A stretch of DNA of 64,000 nucleotides, from the NCBI GenBank assembly GCA_028534125.1, contig CM052816.1:74960001-75024000 (forward strand), in the 5' to 3' direction. Positions 51,431 to 63,720 of this stretch are shown piece after piece (the first letter of the stretch is position 1; each line of letters begins with the position of its first letter). This DNA is from Lama glama (taxonomy: Eukaryota). A model generated the notes under the pieces. It saw only the letters and a program-made list of their open reading frames with translations, was not told where the DNA came from and searched no databases. The translations under genes were made by a program, and so were the position numbers.

Positions 51431-53745
51431 CTCCCCTTTCTGGATTCCCCGAACTCTTGGAACACTTTTCAAGCTTCCTGATCCTCTGGGCAGAATGCAT
51501 TGTTCCTTCATCTGTGATCCTTCAGAGTGCTTGGTATCCCTCCAAAGTATGTTCCCTTGAAAACAGAGTATGCTGCTTCTGTAGAGAACTGCCCAGCGTC
51601 AGCAACTCCTCTGAGCTCCTCACGATTCATTCATAAGTGCATAATTAGCAGGATTAATGGCAGTGTCCACTTTGGGAGACACTCGTCCAATGCTGGACAA
51701 CTACCTATGTCAGCTAATACAGGTCACTACCTTCTTGTGGCAGTGATTCAAGTCTGTAAATGTATGTGTGTACCTGCATATTAACTGTCCTTTCCTTCTA
51801 ATGGGGTTCTCTTTACCTCTTTCCATATGGCCTTTCCTCCCTGTTTCTATTTATCCAGCTTTGAGACTGAAATGGGCAATGTCAGTCTGTGTCCTGATTT
51901 ATATAACTACAAGGTGACTAGGTAGATAGCACATGGGTGTATGGTTTCATATCATTAAGATATTTTTATTTATTTAAAAACAAAAAAGCAGCATGCTTTG
52001 TGGATTTTTCCTGAAAGAGTTTCAAAGTGAAGTGCATTTTCCTTTCATTAAGTTCTGGAGTGTTGAATGGAAAAAGAGAAATTTAGGTGATAAGATTAGT
52101 GGTTGAAGTGCTCAGAAAAGAAGGAGATTCTGGATTGGGAAATCATGAGATAAAACTTAGGCTCCATGGTGGAAAGATGGAAAGGATTTTAAAAAGAGAA
52201 CTAGATTAAATAGAAAAAAAACTTTGCAGTGTAAGAATTTTACTTCTTACACGTCAATATGTGCCGAATCATTATTTCTTTCCCCCAGTAGTAGTAGCAG
52301 AAACTAGTGGCATCAATAAGATGGCATGTTGCAGAAGGTAGAAGAGTGGAAAAACAAAACAAAATATGTTAACGTTAATGTAACGGAAGACCTTGGTGAA
52401 AAAAGTCATCCCCAGTATAAATAGATGTCAAAGCTGTACAATTCATTACTCTTCATTCTTTTAGGTGATCTCTGCAAACTTGAAGGTTATTTATTTACTT
52501 ATTTATTTTTGTAGCAGATGGTGCTTGAGTCTTCTCACATCATTGTTTTAGTATTTAAAATATATCAGAAGCCAGGATCACTTTGTGAGCAGTTTAGAGC
52601 CCTGCTATGAATTCAGTTTTCTAAGGAAAAAAGGTAGCTGTTATTAGAGACATACTTTTCCCCACTTCCCACCTAATCTTAGAAGGTGTTGGGCGAGAAG
52701 GAAGAGAAAGTGGGCAGGGAGGAAGCCACGTCAGAAAACAAACCCAAAGGCTTTCTCTGGGATGCTGCCTCCTGGGCTCTAAGCAGCTCCCTGGGCTTCA
52801 GGGCTTGAAGATTCTGCTGTAAACTTTCTGGTACAACTGGCCTCAGGCCTCTTGCTTCCTCTTTGCCCCACTGCCTGCATTTATATTGCTGAGTTGCCCA
52901 ATAATCTTTACTTAGACTGGCACGCTTGACTGCAAATAAAATAAACATGTTAAAGTAATTGCAAAGCTAGGGCTCATTTTTTTCAAAGCCCTTAACAAAG
53001 ATCACATGGATTAACTGGCTATAGTATGGATTGTGTTAAAAAAATTCTTTGTAGAATCAGTAGTATATGCAAGTGTGTGTGTATATAGGGTAGAGCAGGG
53101 ATGTTAAAAATGGAAACTAAACTCCAACCAATGACAAGTTAATCTTACTGCCCTGGAGGGGAATGGAGAAAAGTTCACGTTTCCCAAAGGAAGCTCATAT
53201 CCCCTGGGTATCTTCTGTAATCCAGGCTCAGATCTAAGTGCTTCTTAGTCTTATAAATAATAAGACACCATTGCTTAATCTTTACTACATCCCTAAGAAA
53301 CAGTTATCATCCTTTTGTAAATTTAAAATCAACCCCACTCCCCCCAAAACAAGAGACTCCGAGGTTAAGTAATTTTCTCAAGTTCATACTTTTTACTGGC
53401 ATTAGAAACAAGGGTATTTGTGACCCCAAGATTACTGGAATGTGGCACATTATACCACATCATTTGTTTGTCAGTCAATAGATATCAAATGTCAGTATGA
53501 CAAATAGATAGTAAACGTCAACAAATATTGTTAACTGAATGTATGAAAAATGAAAAAACCCAATGTTGAGTGCCTGTAAATTCCTCAATATCTCGAGCCC
53601 TTTGCATATTCCCTGAAAACATGAGTTACTTTTATTGCTTTTAAATTTTTGGTTATCTGAGTAAGTGGGAAACGCTTGGGTCCTTTCTAAAATACTTCTG
53701 AGGTTCTTTTTTGGGGGATGTGGGGCAAGCTTCTCAGTAATTTCT

Positions 53746-53892
53746 TTTATTTTTTTTAATTCTTTTTTTGGGGGGAGGGGGGAGGTAATTAGGTTTATTT
53801 ATTTTTATTTTTTAATGGAGGTGCTGGGGATTGAACCTAGGACCTTGCGCATGATAAGCATGTGCTCTACCACTGAGCTATACCCTCCCCCC
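53746..53892 (-). mobile_element. Full-length tRNA-Ala-derived camelid SINE (Vic-1 type) with 16-bp TSD
   Basis: Minus strand: GGGGGAGGGTATAGCTCAGTGGTAGAGCACATGCTTATCATGCGCAAGGTCCTAGGTTCAATCCCCAGCACCTCCATTAAAAAAT...CCTAATTACC. TSD CTTCTCAGTAATTTCT at 53730-53745 and 53894-53909. Confidence 0.92.
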
Positions 53893-54728
53893 ACTTCTCA
53901 GTAATTTCTGACTGTTTATAATGATGACACCGATAATCAGCTGAAAGAAAGGAATAGAATTCCTGACAAGTCTGCACTATGTAGGTTTGTTTCTTATGAA
54001 CCTGAAAAACCTCTCTAGGTCTGTAGGGGAAATGAGCTTTCTTCTGACTTCCTCTCTGTAGGATTCATGTTTCTCAGTCCATGGATAAATAGTTCAGGAT
54101 GACCTCACCACGCAGACAGATTCTTTAATTTCCTTCCTCCTCCTGCTAAGGCTCTGACTCTTCACTCTTAACTAGAGATATGACAGTAGAGTTCTTCATG
54201 AGAAAATAGGACCTCATCCAGGTTTGTTGTATATAAATGATGAAATAGAAGTAGTATAAGATCAAGGACTTTTAAAAAACACAGAGAGGAGTATATTGTG
54301 ATAGAAGGCCAAACCTGGGACCTGGTCTTGCTTTAACAGTGTTGGGAAAGTTACAAGATCCAAGCTTCAGAAACTTGACCTTGTAAATTGAGTTGGTTGG
54401 ATTAGATATCTGTGTTTTTCTCTTCTCTGTTTTCTCGGAGATAATCCTCAACTTTATTTTATGATTCTATGTGTTGGCCTATTTATTCAGGCTCTCAAAC
54501 TTTTCATTTCTAAGATTAAAAATGTATTTATGTGTATATGAGTGTCTTAAAGCAGAGTCAAATAACGCCTTGCTACTTGAGAGGAAAGAGGAGAAAGCTG
54601 TTTGTGGCCCAAACCCTTTCCTTTCTATCTCTGCCTCTGCTTATTTTCCTGGGCTGTGTTGCTAGGATATACTGACCTCCTCCTCTGACCTTGACCAAGG
54701 TTGAAATTTAAAGGGACAAAGGTCATTT

Positions 54729-55092
54729 TTTGGGTGTATATATATGTTTTTTTTTTTAATTGAAGTATAGTCAGTTTACAATGTTGTGTCAATTTCTGGT
54801 GTACAACATAATGCTTTAGTCATACATGAACATACATATGTTCGTTTTCATATTCTTTTTCACCATAAGTTACTACAAGATATTGAATATAGTTCCCTGT
54901 GCTATACAGTATGAACTTACTGTCTTACCAGATTTTCTGAGAATCCTACTGTATTTCAAAGCGAGAGACATCTTGCCAGAGTTCAGTAGGTGTTCTGTGC
55001 GATTCAGTGGGTTTGTAGATGTACTTCTTGGTGTATTTGTGGGAGAGGGCGAGCTGTGAGTCTCTCTACTCCGCCATCTGGCCCCACTCCCT
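54729..55092 (-). mobile_element. L1-derived mini-element: L1 5' terminus (~174 bp) fused to L1 3' terminus and tail (~190 bp), with 16-bp TSD
   Basis: Minus strand begins GGGAGTGGGGCCAGATGGCGGAGTAG (L1 5'-like, YY1 core) and ends with L1 3' text plus an A tail. TSD GGGACA(A/G)AGGTCATTT at 54713-54728 and 55093-55108. Confidence 0.82.
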
Positions 55093-55440
55093 GGGACAGA
55101 GGTCATTTGAGCAACCTCTATCTTTGCGGGCTACCTGCTTGCTTTCACTCTTTCTCCAGGGATCACAGATGACATAGAGTTGGTTGGATTAGTTGGTTGG
55201 TTCTCTTATATAATAGAAGATATTGATCACAAGGGGATTCTGGTGATAATCTGTGATAGAGTATGTCCATCCTGCTCTTAAGATGAACTGTTTATAGCCC
55301 CACTTTTTCAAAGATGAGGTAGCAAAATTATTCTTATATGTATATATATGTGTGTATATATATATTGAATAAATTACTGTACATGTAAAGACATATCTCC
55401 AAATAATTTTTCACTTAAAAAATGTTTTTTAATGTTTTAG

Positions 55441-55549
55441 GGATGTGTTTCCTACTTTTCAATCAGCACACGTTGCCATACTAAATTTTATACGGATCCA
55501 GTGGAAGCTGTAAAAGACATTCCTGATGGTGCAAAGATACTGGTTGGTG
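55441..55549 (+). CDS. OXCT1: OXCT1 coding exon 2 ([36 protein letters not shown])
   Basis: Acceptor TTTTAG|, donor G|GTGAGC; 109 bp; manual translation. Confidence 0.96.
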
Positions 55550-56615
55550 GTGAGCAATAGTATTGTCTTCCTTTTTATGGTGACATCCTTGTGTTTTTAG
55601 CAAAGCAGAGAAATCACAATGGGGACATATGTAGATTAGAAATGCCAATTATTTTATTACTCAGTTATTGTTTTATTCATTATTTTAAAATTTATGACAT
55701 ATAACATCTATTATTTTATTATACTGTCCCCTTCCTGAAAGTTCTGCAAGCTTAGCCCTCTGTATTTTACTTTTTCTTTTCTTTTGTGTTTCTTTTTCTA
55801 TTATTTTGAAAAATGGGAGCTTAAAATGGTGATGTCTTAATAGTAGCTTTGAAAAATCCCTGGATCCTTGGGAATTCTGTTTAGCTTAGAATGTTTGCAT
55901 TGCTCTCATCAACACACACTTAGCCACTCCTTTCGTTCCTCCTCATTAGATGAGATAGAGAGCACATGTACATCTGTCTGTTATTCAGCCTCCCAAGTTC
56001 TGTTGCTTCTTTTTGTTCGGAATGTCTGTTAGAACCACTGTCTCACATTCATTAAACTTGCTGCCTGATTCTTACACATTTCTTTGGATTTTTAGGCCTT
56101 GGTCATAAAAGTCAAGGCTTATTTTTAGGGCGGCTTTTCATTCATTCATTCAGCTGATCAGTCTTTGAACATCCATTTTAAACCCAATACCATTTGAGGA
56201 GTTGTGGCAGATGTAAAGAGATGAAAGTCATTGGCCTAGACTTCCAATTCTGCAAAATCTATTCAGGCATATAAAACAAACATGCTTGAAAAAGTGACAT
56301 ACAAAGGTTGAATTTTAAAGTGACACAGTAATAGCTGTGTCGTTAAGTGCAAGAACAACATGTAATCATATTAACACATTGCACTTGGCTTTATTCTTAG
56401 GACTCAAGGACGTGGCAGTGATGTCTGGTGCTATAAAATGATGTAAAACTTTTGAATACAGCTGTATGACCGTTTACTGAATTTCTGAGATATATCTGCA
56501 TTTTGCTTAATATGTCTGATAATGCATTTTGTATTTTTTCTTTTTTATTAAAAAGAATAACACACACATTTCCTTGAAAGAACATTATCCCCTTCAAAAT
56601 TGTTTATCTTTTTGA

Positions 56616-56717
<102 letters not shown>

Positions 56718-58506
56718 TAAGTGCATTTTTAAAATGATTGGTTTGAAAGAAATTGCAATTATTCATAACATTTAAATGAAGTCCATCAATGATGGAAAAA
56801 TTTCACCATTTTTATAAGCAGTATACTGGAGCATCGAAAGATAGTGTTTAAGAAGCTCAGGAGTGGAGGTTACATTTCTTCAAATATTTTTGGTACCACC
56901 CTTCATAATCATAAGCAAGGAGACTTGCATTATTTTATATCTCAATCTGATGTGATTTTATTTTCCTAAACTTCATAAAGTTAAAATATGTGTTTTCCAA
57001 TTGAGTCCTGCATTTTAAAATTTAGAGATGTTCCTTTATGTTGTATGTTATTGTAGATCATTATTTATAAGGGAAGGTGGACATTAATTTGAAATCTGTT
57101 TCAAGTCTTTTCTTTTGGTTATGCCCTGACCCTAGGTGATATATAAAGAATATGTTAATTATTAATATATAATATATATAATATATATTAATTAATATAA
57201 TTAATCATTAAAAATATTGCTGGTCTTGGTAGGAGGAGAAGGGTATGCAGCCAGCACTTAAGACACTAGGATCGCATATCAAAATGGTCAACAATGAGCC
57301 ATGACATTTTAATGAAGAATGGCCTGCACGTTAAGGTATATTTAGTTATCAAGGAAGAAGCTGGTTTTATACAATAGTCATTTATATAAAACAGCAAGTC
57401 GTCAGCTCTCTTTTAACAATGAAAGACTTAAAAGATCTTAAAAAAATTAAAGAAATGAACTAAATTGGCAGTTTAGTCTGTTATCCTAAATGGAATTTGG
57501 AATAAATAGCACAGATTATTTAGGAAACAAAACTGATCCTACATTTATGCTCATTTTTTTTTCTTCACTGAGTTTATTTACGCCCTCATTTTCACTTGGA
57601 AACACTCCGCTTTTTCTGAGTATCCACATCTTTCCCATCTTACAGAAGAAGCCTTGCCCAGTTATGTAACTGCTTTAGCCTTCACCGACCTTGCCTCTTT
57701 CTGAATTCCTCGGAGATGGTTAGCCTTTCTTTCTGCACTGAATTGTATTTGTTCTTTCCGATATATGTTACAGACAATGATGTTACCTTAGAGTAGTTTT
57801 CTGTTCCCTACTGTGTGCTCAGCTAACTGTCTCAGAGTCACTGTGTGTTGTTGCTGGACGGGTTTGTAGAGCTCACCTGTTCCTGTTCCCTCATTTAACA
57901 GGGGAAACTCATCTGTGAATAGAGAAGTAACTTGTTCATGGTCACTTGATAGTTCTTAAACACATCCTGTGCTCTCTGAGCTGACTTTATATTTGTTACA
58001 AAATGCTTTTGATTGTCAGTACTTGGTTGGGTTTTTCTGACGGCTCAGAATGGTGTAGATCTATACGAATTCTTGATGTAGAGTGGGTACTGATAACCTA
58101 CTTCATTGAACATGAAGAAGGCACTTTGCACACCCTCACTGGCAGTCGATCTCTTAATTAGAGGAGTATAAATCCTAGGGGTCTGTAGGAATGAGGGCTT
58201 TGTTTTGGCCACAAGAGTCAGATAAATGAAGACAACTTAGCATTGCTTCATTGGAGAACCAGTGACATGCTTTGAATTGGGTAAGTGGAGAGAACATGGA
58301 ATTGGAAGTGATGGCTTTTTTCTGGTTTAGAAAAAAGACTTTCTTATAAAAAGCTGCCTGAATTGGAAGTCTTTCCAAAGCGCAGGACTCCTGATTGTCT
58401 GCTTTTTTTTTGTTTGTTTATTTTTAATGATCAATAAGACCCATTGGCCTGAGGTACTACTTACTTCACTATGGAGTATTAACTGTTAGTCTTGATGAGA
58501 TAAACC

Positions 58507-59035
58507 TGTTGCAGGAGAATCCAGGGAGTGAGAGAGTGGTCACATCCTAGGTCTTCGGCTAAGTTCCTGGGTTAGTCCTTGGCTTCTCACAGGAAAGAAT
58601 TCAAGAGTAGGCCATAGTAAAGTGAAAGCAAGTTTATTTAATGAGATACACATTCCACAGATGGAATGTGGGCCTTCTTAGAAGGGGAGAGGGCCCTGGG
58701 ATGTAGGGTTGTTAGTTTTTATGGCGGATAATTTCATAGGCTAGCAAGTAGGAGGATTATTCCAAATATTTTGGGGAAGGGTTGGGGATTTCCAGGAATT
58801 GGGCCACCGCCCACTTTTTGGCCTTTTATGGTCAGCCAGGGAACTACCATGGCACCTGTGGGTGTGCCATTTACATGCTAATATTTGCAATGATCGAATA
58901 ATGAGGCTCAAGGTCTACTGGAAGTTGAATCTTGCACCATCTTGAGCCTAGTTCTAACCAGTTTTTGTTGTATCCTGCTTTCTGACCAACTGTGTCATTC
59001 TTATAACGTACCCTGCCCTCTTCCCTCTGGTCTTG
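58507..59035 (-). mobile_element. ERV1-class LTR (MER4/MER41-group-like), antisense to OXCT1
   Basis: Starts TGTTGCAGG; AGGAAAGAATTCAAGAG...AGTGAAAGCAAGTTTATT (AATAAA on minus); ends ...CCTGCCCTCTTCCCTCTGGTCT. Confidence 0.75.
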
Positions 59036-59359
59036 AACCCTCCGTTAAATCACTCAGATGAGTCAATACTTTGATATAAATTGATTAGGAAGGTAGGAAA
59101 ATTGCGACTGTTCCTTTGACTTTTGAAAGACTTTAACATATGAATTAGAAGCTTGAATGAACCAAGTTTCACAATAAACTATAAATCAACCAATTAAATG
59201 ACAGACTCAGGGGAAGAATAGATGTGCTATATTGGTCATTTTCATTTCCTCTTGACAAGATTGTTTTAGATTACAGTTCTCGCAGGTGGGGATTTAGCCG
59301 GCTCCAAGGGCAGCCCCACTTCTATGTGAAGACTAATACATGCTGTCTGATAATATGTA

Positions 59360-60152
59360 TGGCATTCCCCCCTCGTCCATGGTTTTGCTCTCCCCATGGT
59401 CAACCTCAGTCTGAAAATACTACATGGAAAATTCCTGAAATAGTTCGTAAGTTTTCAATTACAGGCTATTCTGAGTAGCGTGATGAAATCTCACACTCTC
59501 CTTCTCTCTCCTGCCCTGGACAGGAATCATCCCTTTGTCCCGTGTATCTTGCCTGTTAGTCACTTGACAGCCACATCGGTTACCAGATCGACTGCTGAAT
59601 CACAGTCCTTGTGTTCAAGGAGCCCTTATTCTACTTAATAATGGCCCCAGAGTGCAGGAGTAGTGATGCTGGCAATTTGAATATGCCAAAGAGAAGCTGT
59701 AAAGTGCTCTCAACTTAATAAGGAAAGGAAAAATACTGTACACTGTGGTTGCCAAGATCTATGGTGAGAATGAACCATCTATCCATGAAATTGTGAAGGA
59801 GAAAGAAATTTGTGCCAGTTTTCCTGTTGCACCTCAGACTGCAAAAGTTAGGGCCACAGGTGTGTGGTAAGTGCCTAGTTAAGCTGGAAAAGCCATTAAA
59901 TTTGTACGATAACATATTTTGAGAGACAGACCACATTCACATAACTTTTATTACAGTATGTTTTGTAATTGTTCTATTTTATATTTAGTTATTATTGTTA
60001 ATATCTTACTGTGCCTAATTTATAAATTAAACTTTATCATAGATATATATGTATAGGAAAAAAGGTAGCAGGTATAGGATTTGGTACTATCTGCAGTTTC
60101 AAGCATCCTCTGGGGGTCTTGGAATGTATCCAAGGATACAGGGGGACTACTG
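59360..60152. mobile_element. MER44/Tigger7-derived DNA transposon
   Basis: Right TIR GGGGGACTACTG+TA; internal TTCTGAGTAGCGTGATGAAATCTC and CACATTCACATAACTTTTATTACAGTA hallmarks. Confidence 0.85.
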
Positions 60153-60194
60153 TATGTACCTGTGCTTGTGAGTACAATCTGTTACCTGTATCTA

Positions 60195-60664
60195 CAGGTG
60201 TACTTTGTTTATTGCAGTTTGCTTTACTGTACTTCACAGATACTGCATTTTTTACAAATTGAAGGGTTGCCCGGCATTGAACCACATCTGTTGGTGCCAT
60301 TTTCCCAACAGCATTTGCTCACTTCATGTCTCTTTGTGACATTTTGTTAATTTTCATAATATTTCAAACTTTTATTATTTTTACATTTGGTACGTTGATC
60401 TGTGGTCAGTGATCTTTGATGTTGATGTTGCTATTGCAAAAAGATTATGACTCACTGAAGGTTCAGATGATGGTTAGCATTTTTTAAGCAATGAATTATT
60501 TTTTAATTAAGGTATGTGCATTGTTTTTTAGCATCATACTATTGTACACTTAACAGACTACAGTGTAGTATAAACATAACTGAAAAACCAGAAAATTTTC
60601 AGGATTTGCTTTATTGTGATATTTGTTTTTTTGCAGTTGTCTAGACATCCCTGAGGTATGCCTG
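60195..60664. mobile_element. Internally deleted Tigger1
   Basis: TA+CAGGTGTACTTTG...GAGGTATGCCTG+TA; internal TTTTACAAATTGAAGG and CTGAAGGTTCAGATGAT. Confidence 0.85.
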
Positions 60665-61042
60665 TAATACCTTACAAGTCAGGGACAGGACTTCTGTGAG
60701 GGCCCAGTCAGCAGTTTCTCACCCTAAATAAAATTTCTGGTTCTGCACCAGTGATGTTGAACCAGGAGACAAGGGCAGATGGCCCCTCTGTGGTGCCTTC
60801 TTCCTTACTTGTTGAGACAGCTGCGGCTCTGAGAGCTCTGCAGGGCTCAGTGGGGAGGTCTAGGTCGCTGTGGCTGATCATTAGCATCCTCCAGGATCTG
60901 GTTATTTGTGCTGGGAAGGGCTACCCACTTCCTGGGATGGGCACTTGGACTTCCTGCTCAGCTCATGGAAGATTTCACTTGTCTCCTATTGCCATAAATT
61001 CTTACTAACCTCCTGTGTCATAAATTAACCTTATACTAAGTA

Positions 61043-61527
61043 CAGATCTTCCTCCACTTATAATGGGGTTACGTCCCCATAACCCCATTGTAAGTTGAAA
61101 ATATCCTAAGTCATAAATGCACTGGATACAGTTCGCCTACTGAACATCATAGCTTAGCTAGCTTGCCTTAAACATGCTCAGATCATTTACATTGGCCTAT
61201 AGTTGGGCAAAATCATCTACTACAAAGCCTGTTTTCTAATAAGGTGTTGAATATCTCATGTCATGTATTGAGTACTGTACTGAAAGTGAAAAACAGAATG
61301 GTTGAGTGAGTATCAGTTGTTTACCTGGGTGATCATGTGGGCGACCGGGAGCTGCGGCTGCCACCGCCCAGCGTCAGGAGAGAGTATTGTACTGCACATC
61401 GCTGGCCCAGGAAAAGACCAAAATTCAAACCTGGAAGTATGGTTTTTACTGAATGCCTGTCACTTTCACACCACTATAAAGCCTAAAGTTGTTAAAAGTC
61501 AAGCCATCTTAAGTCAGGGACCATCTG
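61043..61527. mobile_element. MER47/Tigger5-derived element
   Basis: TA+CAGATCTTCCTCCACTTATAATGGGGTTACGTCCC...TAAGTCAGGGACCATCTG termini. Confidence 0.83.
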
Positions 61528-63119
61528 TCATGCACTATCTTTTCTTTTGATCCTCAGTATTATTACAGAGTAAGTATAACATGTGTAATTGAGATTTAAG
61601 TATGTTTAAAATGAGAGTAAACAAGAGAAATACAGTTTGGTAAATGGTCGCAACTTCATTTCCATTAGTTTTGACAAGAACTGCCAGTTAATGAGATTTC
61701 AGAAAATGAAGTTTCAAATTGAGAAAATGAAAAATAGTTGTGGAATATTGATGTGTTTCATGAAATATCATTTTGTTTTGTATTAAAGTATCACTGTAGC
61801 GAATTCTTGGATTTAGATATCTTTTCACTACTGAAATATTTGAAACCTGAACTTTTTGTGCTGCAGGAAAAAGGTTGAATCTAGTTATGCAAGGAAAATG
61901 TTGGCTACTAAAAGCAAGCAAGATAATCTCTTTGAAAGTCCACCAAATTATCTTTAATATCAAAGAGATGCAAAGTACTTTAATATACAGTTTTCTCTAT
62001 TAGAAATGGTATGTTCCTCATTTGAAAGGATCATGTATGTTTTTCTTCTCTCTTTATATTGTGAGTGAAGGCCCTGCCTTTTTCATTTTTGTACTATCAG
62101 TGTCTGATACACAGTAGATCTGGGATATGTGTTTGCTGAATTTGTGAGTTGGAAAGTAGGTGGCAAAAAAGACACTCTTATTATAAGCTATCTAATAGCA
62201 TTTTTTTGAGGGATAAAGTTACTTTGTTACATGGTCAGGTGGTGACCTGGGCTGAGCATCTTAAACATTGCTTGGTTGCCTTGCCAAGTTGCTAGTCCAG
62301 AAATAAAGCAAAGGCCAAAATATACATGCTTTCCAGAGCCAAGATCAACAAATACGGAAAGGTCATCTCCAAACAGAGCCAGGTTCAAATGTGTAATGGG
62401 TTGAAAAGCCAAGCAGAGATCCATGAAAGTGTGGCTAGAAAAACTCCCAAGTCAATGAATGACCAAGTGTATTCTGGTTTATGATATGGACCTCTGTACT
62501 TGGAGGGCGTTTCAGATATTTAAAACTGCAGAAAGGAAATGGACTATATCGACCTTTGTGGATTATTTCATTGTCATAACTTTAGACAGGGTTCCAGAGG
62601 ATATCGGTGGTACTCTTGTATTGGATAATTGAGAGAGTTTACCAAAGAGACTTTCTTTTAAAGGAATGGTCAGGGCTGAGGGAAGGCGACATGGGTACTG
62701 ATGAACTCTGGAGTTAGGAACAGAGGAGAGCTGTTACCACCAGCCCTGGGCCTGATAAGTTGAGGGGAGGGAGCCACTAGGACCTGGAAGGAAGCCTTAA
62801 GGAGAAGGCTATCCAGTGTGCTTGGGCTTACCAGGCAGAGAGCCAGGAGAGTGTAAGTCATGACATTCTGCCATCACCCGCCCCCCATCTTGGTGATGCC
62901 TCCCACTGGCTGAACCCCACCAGAAGTGGGTGGACCCAGTCAGAAGCCAGAGGGCAGGGGGGCCTCATAATTCAGTCTGTACATGTCAGCCAGCCCAGGC
63001 ATAGGGCAGGCTGGGGTTGGAGACTAGATCCAGGGGGACAAGCAGCAAATATCCAGCACAGGGACTTGAAGACTTTGATTTTTATTACAGGAGAGCCAAT
63101 GAGAAGGGGAAAGTGAAAT

Positions 63120-63720
63120 CAAGCCACAAATTCATTTGGCAAATGTTCAGCAAATGTTTATGTAGAATCCTGTCTGGTGGAGGAGTTTCTGAGAGATGGA
63201 AAGGCCAGTGCAAAGGCCCCCAGGCAAGATGCCTGGTGTGTTTAAGAGCCAGTAAGGAGGCCAGCAGAGGTAGAGAAGTGAGGAAAGAGAACGGGAGGAG
63301 TGAGGGCAGAGATATGAAAGGGCGCCTCATCACATTCTATCCCATGAGACCCTTTGCTTTGTGCTGAATAAATGAGTACCATGGCGGGATTTTGAGCAGA
63401 GCAGTGACAAGATCTCACATACTTTATACTTGCAGTTTTGGCTGTCATTTTGTGAGTGGATCACAGGGATCAGGAGTAGACACGGGGAAGGTCACTGCAG
63501 TCCCTGGGCAAGAGATGGTGAAGGGTCCCAGAGAAGGCGTGAGAATGCTCAGATTCTGAAGGTAGAGTCAGGATTTCCCTGTAGAGTTGGCATGAAATGT
63601 GTGGGAGGCAGAGCTCACTCCTCTAGTTTTGAAGTGAAGATCTATAAGGATGTGGTTGCCATCAAGTGAGATGGGGAATGCTGCAGGTGGAGCCGAATTT
63701 AGGGGAATGGAATTGTTAAC
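63120..63720. mobile_element. L2 fragment
   Basis: CAGTGCAAAGGCCC, GCCAGTAAGGAGGCCAG, GGATTTTGAGCAGAGCAGTGACAAGATCT, GATTCTGAAGGTAGAG. Confidence 0.7.

Noticed and set aside
53816..53892. tRNA-Ala-like gene on the minus strand
   Set aside because: It has a mutated anticodon region, a SINE body, an A-rich tail and a 16-bp TSD, so it is a SINE rather than a tRNA gene.
54390..55192. Exact 16-mer GAGTTGGTTGGATTAG at 54390-54405 and 55177-55192
   Set aside because: Low-complexity (TTGG)n-like sequence. It does not bound a coherent element, and the mini-L1 has its own TSD.
57154..57205. AT-only quasi-palindrome
   Set aside because: Degenerate (TA)n microsatellite; the self-complementarity is trivial.
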